The notes: generated by a model not told the origin, from the letters alone. Positions 9,006 to 21,100 are shown, counted from the stretch's first letter. The stretch is DNA of 64,000 nucleotides from Longimicrobiales bacterium (GCA_965204735.1 OZ242008.1:480001-544000); one strand, 5' to 3'. Numbers and translations are program-made.

Positions 9006-11051
9006 ATGCTCAACTTCCGCCCCGCCTTCCCCCTCGCCGCCGCCTCCGTCGCGGTCGCACTCGCCGCGTCCGTCTTCTCGTCGCCCGCCGCGGCCCAGGA
9101 CGAGCCCGACGGCGTTCTCAAGCTGGCGACCTACCTGGACTGGGAGTGGGTCGCGAACCCCCAGCTCTCCCCCGACGGCAGCCAAGTCCTCTACACGAAG
9201 TCGTGGGTGGACAAGATCAACGACCGTCGCGAGTCCTCGATCTACCTGATGAACGCCGACGGCACCCGGAAGCGCTTCCTGGTGGACGGCTCGTCGCCCA
9301 AGTGGTCTCCCTCCGGCGACCGGATCGCCTACACCGCTTCCGGCGAGCCCAGCGGCAGCCAGATCTTCGTGCGCTGGATGGACGACGAGGGCGCCGTCAC
9401 CCAAGTCACCCGCGTGACCAAGGGTCCCGGCAACGTCGAGTGGTCGCCCGACGGAACCCAGATTGCCTTCACCATGTCGGTGTCGTCGGACAACCCGTGG
9501 CCGATCTCGCTGCCCGGCCGGCCCGAGGGCGCCAAGTGGACCGAATCGCCCAAGGTCGTGGATCGCCTCCAGTACAGACGCGACCGGCGCGGGTACATAG
9601 ACGAGGGGTACACGCACCTCTTCGTCGTTCCGGCGGAAGGCGGGACCGCCCGGCAGCTCACCGACGGCGACTGGAACCACAACGGCGTCGCCTGGACCCC
9701 GGACGGCCGCGAGATCCTCTTCACCTCCTTGCGGGTGGAGGACGCGGAACACGAGTGGCGCCAGTCCGACATCTACTCGGTGACGGTGGCCACGGGCGAC
9801 ATTGCGCGGCTCACCGACCGCTCCGGTCCGGACGGCTCCCCCGTGCCTTCTCCCGACGGCCGGCTGATCGCCTACACCGGCAACGACCTCACCACCGACA
9901 CCTACATCACACGCAAGCTCTACGTGATGAACCGCGACGGCTCGGGCTCGCGCATGATCAGTCAGGGGTTCGACCGTCAGCCCAGCGGCCTGCTCTGGGC
10001 CGAGGACGGGAGCGGCTTGTACATGAACGTCAGGAACGAGGGGACGAGCAACGTCTGGTTCGCCTCGGTGGACGGCGGCGTCGAGCAGGTGACCGAGGGC
10101 AATCACATGCTGTCGGCGTCGTCGATCGAGGGCGACATGGCGGTGGGCACGCTCTCGGCCTACCACAAGCCCGGCGACGTGGTCGCGTTCTCGTTGCGCA
10201 GCCCGGGCGACATGACCCAGCTCACCGACGTGAACGCCGACGTGCTGGCGGGCGTCTCGCTGGGCGAAGTCGAGGAGGTGTGGTACAAGTCCGTCGAGGA
10301 CTACGACATCCAGGGTTGGATCATCAAGCCGCCGGACTTCGATCCGTCGCGCAAGTACCCCATGATCCTGGCGATCCACGGCGGACCCCACGGCATGTAC
10401 AACGTGGGCTTCAACTTCGGCTGGCAGAACCACGCCGCCAACGGCTACGTCGTGCTCTACACCAACCCCCGGGGCTCGTCGGGCTACGGCAGCGCCTTCG
10501 GCAACTCGATCAAGAACGCCTACCCCGGCAAGGACTTCGACGACCTGATGGCGGGCGTGGACTTGGTGATCGAGCAGGGCTACGTGGACGAGGACAACCT
10601 GTTTGTGTACGGGTGTTCCGGCGGGGGCGTGCTCACGTCGTGGGTGGTGGGCCACACGGACCGCTTCGCCGCCGCGTCGGCCAACTGTCCCGTCACCAAC
10701 TGGCTGTCGTTCGTGGGCACCACCGACGGCGCGAGCTGGTACCGCAACTTCGAGAAGTTCCCCTGGGACGACCCGTCGGAGCACCTGCGCCGCTCGCCCC
10801 TCATGTACGTGGGCAACGTGACCACGCCCACCATGCTCATGACGGGCGAAGGCGACCTGCGCACGCCCATGCCCCAGACCGAGGAGTACTACCAGGCGCT
10901 GCGGGTGCTCAAGGTCCCCACGGCCATGGTGCGCTTCAAGAACGAGTGGCACGGCACCAGCTCCACGCCGTCCAACTTCCTGCGGACCCAGATATACCTG
11001 CGCGAGTGGTTCCAGAAGCACGGCCGGGGAGGGTCGGTCACGGAGGAGTAG
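9006..11051 (+). CDS. S9 family peptidase (acylaminoacyl/dipeptidyl aminopeptidase-like) with signal peptide
   Basis: GGAGG RBS then ATG at 9006. WSPDG beta-propeller repeats, HGGPH, nucleophile GCSGGG, catalytic D (GEGDLR) and H (EWHG). Confidence 0.95.
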   Translation: MLNFRPAFPLAAASVAVALAASVFSSPAAAQDEPDGVLKLATYLDWEWVANPQLSPDGSQVLYTKSWVDKINDRRESSIYLMNADGTRKRFLVDGSSPKWSPSGDRIAYTASGEPSGSQIFVRWMDDEGAVTQVTRVTKGPGNVEWSPDGTQIAFTMSVSSDNPWPISLPGRPEGAKWTESPKVVDRLQYRRDRRGYIDEGYTHLFVVPAEGGTARQLTDGDWNHNGVAWTPDGREILFTSLRVEDAEHEWRQSDIYSVTVATGDIARLTDRSGPDGSPVPSPDGRLIAYTGNDLTTDTYITRKLYVMNRDGSGSRMISQGFDRQPSGLLWAEDGSGLYMNVRNEGTSNVWFASVDGGVEQVTEGNHMLSASSIEGDMAVGTLSAYHKPGDVVAFSLRSPGDMTQLTDVNADVLAGVSLGEVEEVWYKSVEDYDIQGWIIKPPDFDPSRKYPMILAIHGGPHGMYNVGFNFGWQNHAANGYVVLYTNPRGSSGYGSAFGNSIKNAYPGKDFDDLMAGVDLVIEQGYVDEDNLFVYGCSGGGVLTSWVVGHTDRFAAASANCPVTNWLSFVGTTDGASWYRNFEKFPWDDPSEHLRRSPLMYVGNVTTPTMLMTGEGDLRTPMPQTEEYYQALRVLKVPTAMVRFKNEWHGTSSTPSNFLRTQIYLREWFQKHGRGGSVTEE

Positions 11052-11182
11052 GGGGTGCTCCGTCGGGGAGGCGGCGTCGGCGGCTGAGGCGGACCGGCCA
11101 GCCGTCTACCCCGACGGGGCCGACGCCACCCCGTCCGCCGGTGTGCCACCGCTGGCGGAAGCGGACGCCCAGCCCCTTGGCA

Positions 11183-11240
11183 GATTTCTACCCCCTGAAA
11201 TGTCCGTCGCGGTGTCCCGGTTTTGACGCTCGAGCTGTCC
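11183..11240. promoter_or_regulatory. Triple-TGTCC element, copy 1 (left edge of island)
   Basis: GATTTC-N10-AATGTCC-N7-TGTCCC..TTTT..CGA..TGTCC; same layout at 23239 and 45339. Function is inferred. Confidence 0.6.
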
Positions 11241-11250
11241 GGGCTGTGGG

Positions 11251-13488
11251 CTACGCCGAACCGAAGAGGTCGGCGGCGTAGTCGTCCTTGTCCAGGAACT
11301 CGCTCCGACGTCCGTAGCTGAGCACCAGCAGCTCCTTCTTGGCGCGGGTGGCGGCCACGTACACCAGGGCGCGCTCGCCCGTTTCCGCCGACTCGCGGGC
11401 CGCGTCGTCGCCGGTCTCGCGGAGCGCTGCGGAGAGCGGCACCAAGCGACGGTTGACGCTGGCGATCAGCACGCGGTCGAACTCCAATCCCTTCACGCGG
11501 TGCATCGTCGCCAAGCGGACGCAATCGTCGTGTTCGTGGTCCGGGTTGGCGTGTTCCAAGACATGGACTTCCACGTCCCTGTCCCGTAGTCCGTCGGCCA
11601 GTGCGTCGCGCTCGCTCCGCGTCCTGGTGACGACGCACGCGCCGCGCAGCGGCTCGTCGCGCTGCGACATCTTGTCCAGGTACTGGGCGATCCAGTTCGC
11701 TTGCTCGCTCCGGCTGCCGAAGTGGCGCAAGCGCGGTTCGGGGCCGTGTGTGAGGGACTTGAAGTCGCGGTTGTCGTCCCGGCCGCCGTCCAGGTCGTCG
11801 ATCTCGCGGTCTTCCAGCAGTCCGACGGCCCAGGCGCGGGTCTCCTCGGTGGTGCGGTAGCCCAGCCGCAACTTGCGCGACCGGCCTCGGATGTTGATGC
11901 CGCACCGTCCCAGCACGACATTGCTCCGCCCGTAGATGCGCTGGTGCCCGTCGCCCACCACGAACAGGTCGTCCTTGCCCTCGGGGACGATGTTGCGGAT
12001 CAGCTTGAATGCGGGCGCGCCCAGGTCCTGGGCCTCGTCGACGATCACGGAGGCGTAGTCCGCGCCTGGAGTGTTCCGTTCGCGCTGGAGGAGCGCGGCC
12101 GCGTCGCGGTAGGCGTCGTCCACTTCCTTGATCCTGCGCTCCGCCAGCTGCGCCCGGTACTCCGCGAAGACGGGCCAAACCTTGGCCCTGGCGTTGCGGC
12201 CGAGCCGTGTGCCCCGGCCGGCGCGGAAGACGCGCAAGTACTCGTCTTCGGTCTCGATTCCGTGGGCCTGCACGACGTGCTGCCACTCCTCTGCGTAGAA
12301 GGCGTCGGCGTACTCCAAGGCGGGGTCCCGAAGGGTCATGGCGTGGTCCCACGCGGCCCGTGCGTGCTCGTCCCGGTCCTTGTCGTAGGCGATCTGGAAA
12401 TCGTACCCCTGGCGGCGCAGGAACCCGACGACCCACCGGTCCAGGTTGGTCACCTCGATCCGCTCCATCGCCTCGGGCGAGCAGATCGAGCGCAAGTTGT
12501 TCTCGATGTCGGCGGCCAAGTTGCGGGTGAAGGTGACAAAGAGAATGCGCCTGCGCGCACCGTCCGTTCGGGTCCCGCCGTTGTCGCTGTCGCAGTCCGG
12601 GTCCGCCATCTGCCGAGCCAGCCAGCGCGCCCGGTGCATGGCCACGACCGTCTTGCCGGTGCCTGCGCCGCCCAGCACGCGAACGGGACCGTTCCAGCGT
12701 CGCTCCACCAGCCTGCGTTGCGATGGATGCAAGAAGACTCGCCACCGCTCCAAAGGCGCGTTGAGCACTTGCTGGAGAGCCGCCTCGTCGTCCGCCACGA
12801 CGAATCGAGCACGCGATTCGTCCCGGCCCAAGGCCGTCTCGAAGTCGTCGGTGTCGACCGTTTTGCTGGGAGCCTCGCGTTCGAGGATCAGCTCCTCGTA
12901 GGAGTCGCCGGCCAGAAAGTAGAAGAGCGATTCGTAGGCGTCGTTCGGCAGGCGTTCCTGCATCGCTTCGAGGTCTGCGTCGTCGCGGACCGTTCGGACT
13001 TCCTCGAGCATTGCCTGCGGAACTCCCAAGCGCACAAGTTGGCGGTCCTTGAGCTGGTCGAAGGCGGACGGGTCCGACGGGGTCGCCGCCGCGCTGGGTG
13101 ATGCGGCCGAGCTCTGGCCGGAGTTGGCGGGCTGTGACGCGAAGACCTGCACGGTGCCGGTTTCGGGGTTGACGGCGCAATCCTTGCGCATGGCCCAGGC
13201 GTACGCGTCGTCGTGCTTGGCCGCCCAGAGAAGAAGGTGGAGCCCGCCCTGCCCGGTGTCGTAGACGATCGCGCGGTAGGCTTGGTCGAGCCGCACCGAG
13301 CGCATCTTCGGGCTCCGCGCATTGCGGATGCGTTCGTAATTCAGCCCGGGCGCCGTGGGGTTCTCCCTCAGCTTGTGAATAAGTCTGTCGACCCGTTGCT
13401 GCTGTGCTCTCGGCAACTTTGCGAAGGCGCCGAAGAAGCTGTCCGAGATTGCGAGCTTGTAGTGTCCCCTCGCGACGCGTCCCCTCAC
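11251..13488 (-). CDS. UvrD-like SF1 helicase with N-terminal RelE/ParE-like domain
   Basis: GTG at 13488 overlaps the upstream TGA. GGAGTGKT, VDEAQD, GDGHQRIY, HRVKGLEF, YVAATRA. N-terminus ISDSF...SVRLDQAYRAIV resembles RelE-fold nucleases. Confidence 0.88.
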   Translation of the reverse strand: MRGRVARGHYKLAISDSFFGAFAKLPRAQQQRVDRLIHKLRENPTAPGLNYERIRNARSPKMRSVRLDQAYRAIVYDTGQGGLHLLLWAAKHDDAYAWAMRKDCAVNPETGTVQVFASQPANSGQSSAASPSAAATPSDPSAFDQLKDRQLVRLGVPQAMLEEVRTVRDDADLEAMQERLPNDAYESLFYFLAGDSYEELILEREAPSKTVDTDDFETALGRDESRARFVVADDEAALQQVLNAPLERWRVFLHPSQRRLVERRWNGPVRVLGGAGTGKTVVAMHRARWLARQMADPDCDSDNGGTRTDGARRRILFVTFTRNLAADIENNLRSICSPEAMERIEVTNLDRWVVGFLRRQGYDFQIAYDKDRDEHARAAWDHAMTLRDPALEYADAFYAEEWQHVVQAHGIETEDEYLRVFRAGRGTRLGRNARAKVWPVFAEYRAQLAERRIKEVDDAYRDAAALLQRERNTPGADYASVIVDEAQDLGAPAFKLIRNIVPEGKDDLFVVGDGHQRIYGRSNVVLGRCGINIRGRSRKLRLGYRTTEETRAWAVGLLEDREIDDLDGGRDDNRDFKSLTHGPEPRLRHFGSRSEQANWIAQYLDKMSQRDEPLRGACVVTRTRSERDALADGLRDRDVEVHVLEHANPDHEHDDCVRLATMHRVKGLEFDRVLIASVNRRLVPLSAALRETGDDAARESAETGERALVYVAATRAKKELLVLSYGRRSEFLDKDDYAADLFGSA

Positions 13489-15182
13489 GACTCGTTCCCC
13501 GGCGGATTGAGCGTCTTTCCGATGACGTCCAGCTTCTGGATCACCTCTGGATGAATCTCCTCGGGCGTCATGGCGGCGGCCAGCAGGAAGAGATCGCGCT
13601 TGGGAGTCGGTGCGCCGACCTCCTCCAGCAACGGCACCAGAAACTCGTTGCTTGCCTTGACCCGCGACAGCGCCGGATGGTCGCCGAAGTAGTCGGTGCC
13701 GACGGGAATCTGTCTGTCGAAGGCGTTCCGCACAAGCTTCCGGTGCAGAGGAAGGCCGACGAAGCGCCCGACGCTCTCCGGCTGGAGCAGGTAGTTCTCG
13801 ATCTCGTAGCGTCGCCAGCGGAGCACCTTCATGCCGGCCCTGGTCGTCTCGGCGTCCGGCTTGTTCTTGTTGTCGCCGTCCAGAAGGCACGCCGCCCGGA
13901 TATGCGGAAACGCCGCCCGCAAAGCGAAGAAGTGGTTCTTGGCGTCCCTGATGCTGCTGCCCGCCAAGTGGTGGACGAAGGGGCGCGCAAGGAAGCGGCG
14001 GGAGGGATGCTCCAAGGTGTCCGCCCACTCCTTCAAGATGCGTTCGTCCGACTCGTTCTCGACGTAGAGGACGGCCCCGACCTCCTGTCCCAGCAGCAGA
14101 TCGGTGGTCGTCAGTCGCTTGAGGGCCTCGCGAAGCTGGTCGCTTTCGGTGGGCGTCGTCAGCGCGCGATACTGGTCGCCGTAGAAGCTGAGCACTCGTT
14201 CTGGAGCCGTGGCGTCCAGGACGACTTCGGAGTGAGTGGCCAGGACGACTTGCCCGCCGCGCTCGCGAGCCACCTTGCGGAGCAGGCCGTACACTTGTTT
14301 CTGCAGGACGATGTGCTGGTGCGCATCGGGTTCGTCGAGCAGGATCACCGACGCCGGGCGCGCATGGAGAAACGCCAGCAGAAGGACGACCTGGAGGGTG
14401 CCGCTGCCGGCGTTGGCCAAGTCCAGGGGGCGACCCGCTACCTTCGGCTCGTCGTATTCGCACAAGATGTAGGGCTGGGCCGGCGAGTAGACCGGCTTCC
14501 GGATGACGATCCCGAACAGGTCGCGGACGTGTCCGACCAGGGCGTCCCAATCGCCGTTCTCCTTTTGGGCCGCTTCCAGCAAGAGGTTGCGCAAGATGCC
14601 GCCGGCCTGCCCCTGTCCTACAAGCAGGTCCTGCATCCCTTTGTCCAAGCGGGGCTCGTCCCGCTGCACGCCGACCAGCGGCGGGACGTGCACGACCTCC
14701 AGGTCGGCGGCTTGATGCGGCGGAAAGTCGCGAATGCTCTCGCGGTCGAGCTTCTTTGCGCCCCGGGGCCGCACGTACACCATCTCCGGGTTCGCGTACT
14801 GGAACTCCAGGCCGCACTCCCAGGGGGCCTCCCCGCCCCCTTCCAGCACGATCTCGATCAGCCTGGGCGTGCCCGGCGGCCTTCCTTTCTTGGTTGTCCG
14901 CGTGACTCGGCGGTCGCGCCAAAGCAGGTTCATCTCCCGAAGCGGCGTCGCCGTCAGCTCGCCCCGCGTGATCGAGACGCCGGACCGCTTGACCGCGCTG
15001 CTGGCGCTGCCCGCCCCACGCCGGACGGCCCAGCGGTCCATGCCCATCTTCCATGTCGCAATCGCCTGAAGCAGGGTGGACTTCCCGGCGTTGTTGGGTC
15101 CCGCCAGCACCACCGAGTCGGCAAGCTCGAACGTCTGCTCTTCGAAGCGCTTGAAGTTGCGGACCGTGACGCGACGGATCAT
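13485..15182 (-). CDS. ABC-type ATPase fused to TOPRIM domain (OLD-like ATP-dependent nuclease)
   Basis: GPNNAGKS, signature-like AGSG, LLDEPDAH, H-loop ATHS. TOPRIM acidic motifs YVENESD and LLDGD, plus YEIENYL. RBS GAGAGG before ATG 15182. Confidence 0.82.
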   Translation of the reverse strand: MIRRVTVRNFKRFEEQTFELADSVVLAGPNNAGKSTLLQAIATWKMGMDRWAVRRGAGSASSAVKRSGVSITRGELTATPLREMNLLWRDRRVTRTTKKGRPPGTPRLIEIVLEGGGEAPWECGLEFQYANPEMVYVRPRGAKKLDRESIRDFPPHQAADLEVVHVPPLVGVQRDEPRLDKGMQDLLVGQGQAGGILRNLLLEAAQKENGDWDALVGHVRDLFGIVIRKPVYSPAQPYILCEYDEPKVAGRPLDLANAGSGTLQVVLLLAFLHARPASVILLDEPDAHQHIVLQKQVYGLLRKVARERGGQVVLATHSEVVLDATAPERVLSFYGDQYRALTTPTESDQLREALKRLTTTDLLLGQEVGAVLYVENESDERILKEWADTLEHPSRRFLARPFVHHLAGSSIRDAKNHFFALRAAFPHIRAACLLDGDNKNKPDAETTRAGMKVLRWRRYEIENYLLQPESVGRFVGLPLHRKLVRNAFDRQIPVGTDYFGDHPALSRVKASNEFLVPLLEEVGAPTPKRDLFLLAAAMTPEEIHPEVIQKLDVIGKTLNPPGNES

Positions 15183-15195
15183 CGTGGCGCGCCTC

Positions 15196-18100
15196 TCATC
15201 GATCATGGGGTCTCGGGGAGCCGGCGAGGGCTTGGGCAAGCGTGTCGACGAGGGCACCGGCCACTCCCTCCGGTTCCGCCGTCAAGACCTGCCAGCCCGA
15301 TCTCTCGTAGTGCATCCTGTGGTGTTCCTGGTCGGGGAGCAACACCGCGATCCGCCAGCCGGGCCAAGCCAGCTCCGCATGGGCCACGACCTTGCCGGCG
15401 TCGTCGGCCAGCTCGTGGCCGGGTTCGGGAGCGGGAAGGTCGCGTCCGGCAAGCTGGCGCAACAGCGGCCGAAGTTGGGGCGCGACGAAGCGGTGGGCGT
15501 CGTCCTGCGTGGTCTCGGTGTCCGGGCCGTGGTGCGGGTCGTCCTTCGCAAAGTCGCCATCTCGGCCATGAAGGACGTGCGTCGGCGCCAGCTCGGGGTA
15601 GAGGCCGCTGTAGACGCCTGTCCGAGTGGTCCACCAAGCCTGGGGCAGGAACTGGAGGATGTTGAAGAGGCGCAACACGCCGTTCCAGTCGCTACGGTAT
15701 TGCTTCGTCCTTGCGTTCTGGGCGTTGCTCCCGGCGGTGGCATCGGCGTTGGTCTCGGTTCCGGCATTGGCCTCCGCGTCCGCGTCGTCGAAGTGCACGG
15801 CCACGACAACGCCCGCTGGATCGGGGTCTTGGACGGCGGCAAGGGGCAGGGCTGCGAAGAGGGAAGCGGCCGACCGAGGCGCTGCGGGCGTCGCGGTGTT
15901 ACGGGCTGCCGCCGTGCTCGGGCCGTCGCCTGCTCCCGAGACCCACGGCCCGAAGCCGCCGACCACGACAGGCTGGGCAAGGTCGTCCATGGCCTCCCGC
16001 CCTTGGCCGGGCTGGGCAAGGTCGTCCACGGCCTCCAGCGCTTGGCTGGGCAAGGCGTCGCTTGCGGCGGCGTCGAAGCGGGCGCGCAACGTTGGAGTGG
16101 TCATCTGCTCCTGGTCGAAGACCCCGAGCAGCTCGACGAAGACGGCTCGGCGCCACTTCGCGGTATCGGGGTTGGCCAAGTAGTGCAGGAGCAGGTCGAA
16201 CGAGGGCGCGCCCAGCCGCGAGCGAAGCTCCCGCGTGTCCCACTGCGCGTCCCAGCGCTTGTCCAGGGCGGCTTGGACGGCGGTCTGGGTCGTGCCATGG
16301 TCCGCCAAGAAGTTCGGTGCGCGGGGCACGCCCCCGAAGGCGCCCTCCAAGTCGTCCCACGTCAGCGACCACACCAGGAACCCGGCCCGGGCCAAGCTCA
16401 TCCGCTTCGCCGAATCGTCGCCGGTCCGGTCCCGATGGTACTCGAAGCCGTCGAGGAAGACGGCGACGGCGGGCCCGCCCTGCGGCAGTCTGGTCCCCTC
16501 CGACGGCCCCGCGCGCTCCGACGGCCCGGCGCCCGGCCCCCGTTCCGGCCAGATCGCAAAGTCGGGCCTGCTGGGGACCGCCACGCCGTCTCCCATGTCA
16601 AAGTCCACCTGCGGCTCCACGAGATACTTGTTGCCGCCGACCGACAGGGCGTAGCCGGGCTTGCCCCGCACCTGCGCGCTGCCAACCTCGACCGTGGGCG
16701 CATCCGCCGGTGCAGAACCATCCGCCGCTCTGGCGCCGTCCGCCGACGGCTTTGCGGCCCGCTGTCGCAACGCCTCGACGAACCTGTCCTCCAGTTCGCT
16801 CTCGGTCAGGACGTTGGCGGCGACGCCGGTCAGCCCCTCCACGACCTCCAGCTCCGACCAGCGCTCCAGAGTGGCCGCCACCAGCCGTTCGGCCGCCTTG
16901 CGCGACGTGGTGGGCATGTCGCGGCTCCGGCGGTAGGCGAAGACGCAACGGTAGCAGCCGTCCTTCTCCGGGTCCCGGACGCAGGCGCACTCGCGCAACG
17001 CCGCCTGCGCAGCCTCGAAGATCGAGCGCAGCTTGTCGGGGTCGGTCATGCGGTCCTTCAGATAGCCGGTCCCCCCGGGCACGGTGTCGTACAACAGCAA
17101 GTACCTTCGCATTCGACCCGTCTCGGGAATCGGATACGGGCACTCCATCGTGCGCAGGTGTCCGATCTCGCCGCCGAACTTGCGCCGCAGTCCCAAGTCC
17201 AACGCGGCCACGAACGAGTGCATGTTGAGGTCCGGCGTCAGTCCGCCGACTCCGGGCACAAGCATCCGAATCGCCTCCGACTCGAACTCCCGATACAGGT
17301 AGATGCACTCGGCGGTCGCGTCGGCGCCCGAGCCGCCTCCTCGCCGTCGCACCAGCGGACAGGTTCGGGTGTGCACCGTCGCGTCGTTGTCTGCGGACGG
17401 CGGCTGCACCTTGCCGCATCGCCTGCATATGCGGAAGCCGCCCCGAGGAAGTTGCAGACCTGCCACCAGCGTCGGCTCGGTCTGGTCCGCGTGATGGCCG
17501 AAGTTCATCTCCCGGAAGGTCGCCGACGGGATGTACTCGAAGCCGAACGGGGTCCCGGCAGCAACAAAGGCTGTCCTGGCTGCGTCGGGATCGAAGTCGG
17601 CCACCAGGTGACGAGTGTAGAACCTCGGTTGCCGCTGGTCGTTTTCGTCGCCGATGCGGCTCTTCTTGTCTTGCGTCGTGGCGTGCACCATGCGCAGCGG
17701 AAGCATCTCCCTGCGCTGCCCCACGTCGCCCCACCGGGACTCGCCGCAACGAGGGCACAGCGTGCGGCCGTCCACCGAGTCCACGCGCTCGCAGTAGACG
17801 CAAGCCGGACAAAGCCGCCACTGCTCCAGCTTCGACGTCTCCAGGTCCACCCGGTCTATGTTCACCCGGCGCGCGCCGGCGTAGAAGCTGTTCTCCGGGG
17901 CAAGCTCGCTCAACGCGGCCGCCGCCGGCCGTTCGTACTCGAACACCTCGTGGTCGGACCGGAGGCCCGCCTTGCCGTCGCTTCCGTCGCCCCTGTCGAT
18001 CTTGCGCAAGATCACCGAGCGGAGCATGACGCCCTTCTCCGGGAAGGCGTAGTTGGGGACCAGCCCCTCGTCCGTGAGGAAGTTGTACGTCTCGCGGTCG

Positions 18101-21100
18101 TTGATCTTGCGCAAAACGCCTTGAAGCCCGCGCCGCTCGCCTTCGACCTCGTTGATCTCGGCCTTTGTGCTTTCGTCCTGCGGACCCCGCTTCAGCGCCC
18201 CGGCGCGCCTCTGCAACGCCTGAGCCTCGCGGCGAATCGACTTGCGCTCCCTGGCCACCTCGGCGAAGCGGTCCAGAAGGCGATGAACGAGCGGCCGGCG
18301 GTGAAGCCGGGAGCCGGCAACCGCTTCGGCGTCGGCGCCGGCTTCGGCCGTGTTCGAGTCGGGGACGTCGCCGAGCACGAACTTCGACAGCGCCTTCTTG
18401 TTGGCATCGCTCAAGTCCTTGTCGAACGCGGCCAAGAACGACGCGGCAAGCTCGCGGGCATGTTCGCCCACGAAGTCGAAGAACGGATACGGAAACCGAG
18501 ACAACCTCTTCCGCTCCACGTTGGCGAGCACCTCGCGCATCGTCTTGGGCACGGCGCGCTCGTCCACGCCCGAGGCTGCCCAGCTGTCCAGGCAGTACGC
18601 GATCATCTGCCTTTCCAGCACGGCGGTCGCGTTCAGGAAGACGCCGGGCGGCTCGACCTTGCCGGCCAGCATGTCCAAGGGCTGTTCGTAGTAGTAGAGG
18701 TCGTGGGGCCGTCCGGCGGCCAGGGACAAGTTGAAGGCGTTGCCGTCGCGTCGCCCCGCTCGACCCGTCCGCTGCACGTAGTTGGCGGGCTCCGGAGGGA
18801 CCGAGCAGAGCATGACCGTGGAGAGGTCGCCGATGTCGATCCCCAGCTCAAGCGTGGGCGTTGCCGACAAGACGTTGGGGCTCCAAGGTCGGTAGCCCTT
18901 CGTCGCGAACCGCTTCTCAAGGTGTTCGCGTTCTTTGCGCGGCAAGAGCGCCGTGTGCTCGGCGGCGACGATGCGGCGGACCTGCATGTCGCGGTAGAGG
19001 CGCCCGAACCAAGTGGGGCGAGCGACTTCGCGACGGTCGTACGCGCCTGGGGCTGGCAAGTCGAGGCTCGGCACGCCCTGCCACAGCTTCGCCTCCCGAC
19101 GGGGGACGACCAGCGGGCGGCCCGCGCCGCTTCGCACCTCGGCAACCTCCGTGGCGACGTAGAGGCGGTCGGGCGCCAAGCCCCATGCGTGTTGTCCCTT
19201 GCCGATCTCCGCCTTCTGCACAAGTCCCGCGGCGTCCATCGCCCGGAGCACGATCTCGAGCACGACATCGGAATCGTGGACTGCCAGGGCCAGGTCTGCG
19301 TGGTCCAGAACCTTCCGCGTCCACTTCTGATACCAGGACTTGCCCTTGCTGCCGGAGCCACGCAGTGCTTCCACGCCCGACTTGCCCGTGGCCTTGGTTC
19401 CGGGGAAGACGGGCACCGTGGAGCGGTCCGTTCCGAAGTCGGGCAAGGCGTTGTCGCTTCGCAGCACGAAGGGGTTGCCTCCGCTGGCCAAGTAGCCGGT
19501 CGTCAGATCGGTCAGGATCGCGCCCCGGTCCTTCATGCGCCGGACGATGCCGAGCACCAGCCAGCGGGCCGTTTCGCCGGGGGCAGTGCGCATGTCCTCG
19601 AGCTCTTCGCGAAGCCGAACCGTCGCTGTCTTGCAGGCTTTGTCCAGCGTGGCGCGGTCCACGCCCACGGCGGCAGTCCGCGTATTCTCCAGCGTTCGTC
19701 CGATGGCGGAGCGCTGGCCGAACTCGGCGAGGGTGTTCCACCGCATTCGCCGCTCCACAAGCGCCGGCAGCTTCGAGTTCCGGGGCAAGCGGCCGGTTTC
19801 CTCCAGCTTGCGAAAGTCGTTGAGCCATCGGCGGTCGGGAGCGATGAACTCGCCCACGAAGCGCGCCAAGTCCGGTGTGGTGTCGTCGTCGCCGCTTGCG
19901 TTCCGCCAGTGGTTGCGCCAGCGAGCGACGACCTGTTCGGACAGCTCCTTCAGCGACGAGCCGTCGTGCGCGGCGACGGTCTGGGCGATCGCCGCCCGCA
20001 TGTTGGCGCTCCACGTTCGGGCCGACACGAAGCCGGCGCGGTGAGCGGCGTCCTGCACATTGTCGGAGAACGCGATCACCTTCGGGTCGTCGTTGTGGCG
20101 CGACGACACCGTCTGGTTGAGCGCAACGGCGAGCAGGCTGGCGGCCCGGGCGCCCAAGACCACCATGGCGTCCCGAGCGTTGCAGTACGGACAGTCCTTG
20201 GAGAGCCTGGGCTTGGCACCTCTCGACGAAGCGCGCCGCTGCGTCACGACCACTGGCCTGTAGACCTTGACCAGCGCGTTGCCGGGGCAGGTGCAGATGT
20301 CGTTGGGCTTGCTGGAATCGGCGTGGGCGCTGGGGTCGGCGGGGTCGTCGGCCTCGTCGCGGTCGCCGGCATCGTTCGCCAAGACGCCGCACGTCCCGCA
20401 CAGCAGCGAGCGCACGGCTTTGCCGGGGTCCGTGCTCTCCGATGCACTTGTCGGGCCGTCGGCCCCAGCTCTTGGGAAGAGGAAGACCGCATCGACGTCG
20501 CCGCCGAAGAACGCGCCGTAGATGTCCTTCAATCCGTCCTTCACGCGGGGCGACAAGACCTTGGGTCTGGCGCCTCTCGTCGCGGGAAGCTTGGTGACCC
20601 ACCCCGTGACGCGGCACTCCCTGCATTGGACCAGCGGCAGGTGCACGAACAGCTCGTCGGCCTTCAGGTCGTCGGAGTGGCGCAGGCGGAACCGCGAGCC
20701 GTTCTTGTCGCCGACGTAGCTGTCGCCGACGTTGCTGTCGCCCACGCTGCACACCATGCGCCGCAGCTCGCGCACCCACAGGTGCACGCCGACGTGCAGG
20801 AAGGGCAGCGGCGCCTCGTTGCCGTCGTCGCTCGGGGCCGGCCGCCGACGGGACGCCGAGATCAACGCGCACAACCCGTTCAGCACGCCGAGGGCTTCCT
20901 TGTCGTTGGAGACGGGCAAGCTGCCCTGCAACCGCTTCGCCAGCTCGGGCAATGGCTGGGGACGACCGTCCAGCGCGCGCAGCAAGTTCACGAAGACGAC
21001 GTGCTGCCGCAGCCCTTCGCCCAGCGCCACCCGCCACTCCGCGGCCTTGAAGTCCCCCTCGATAGGCGTCCCCAGAAAGAGCTCGTGCTGTGCGCGAAGG

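Noticed and set aside
13489..15054. Extension of the UvrD ORF to 1267 aa
   Set aside because: It overlaps the ABC-TOPRIM gene in another frame and is low-complexity.
11251..15182. Firm Gabija call
   Set aside because: The UvrD has an extra N-terminal domain and fits the four-gene backbone; kept only as a hypothesis.
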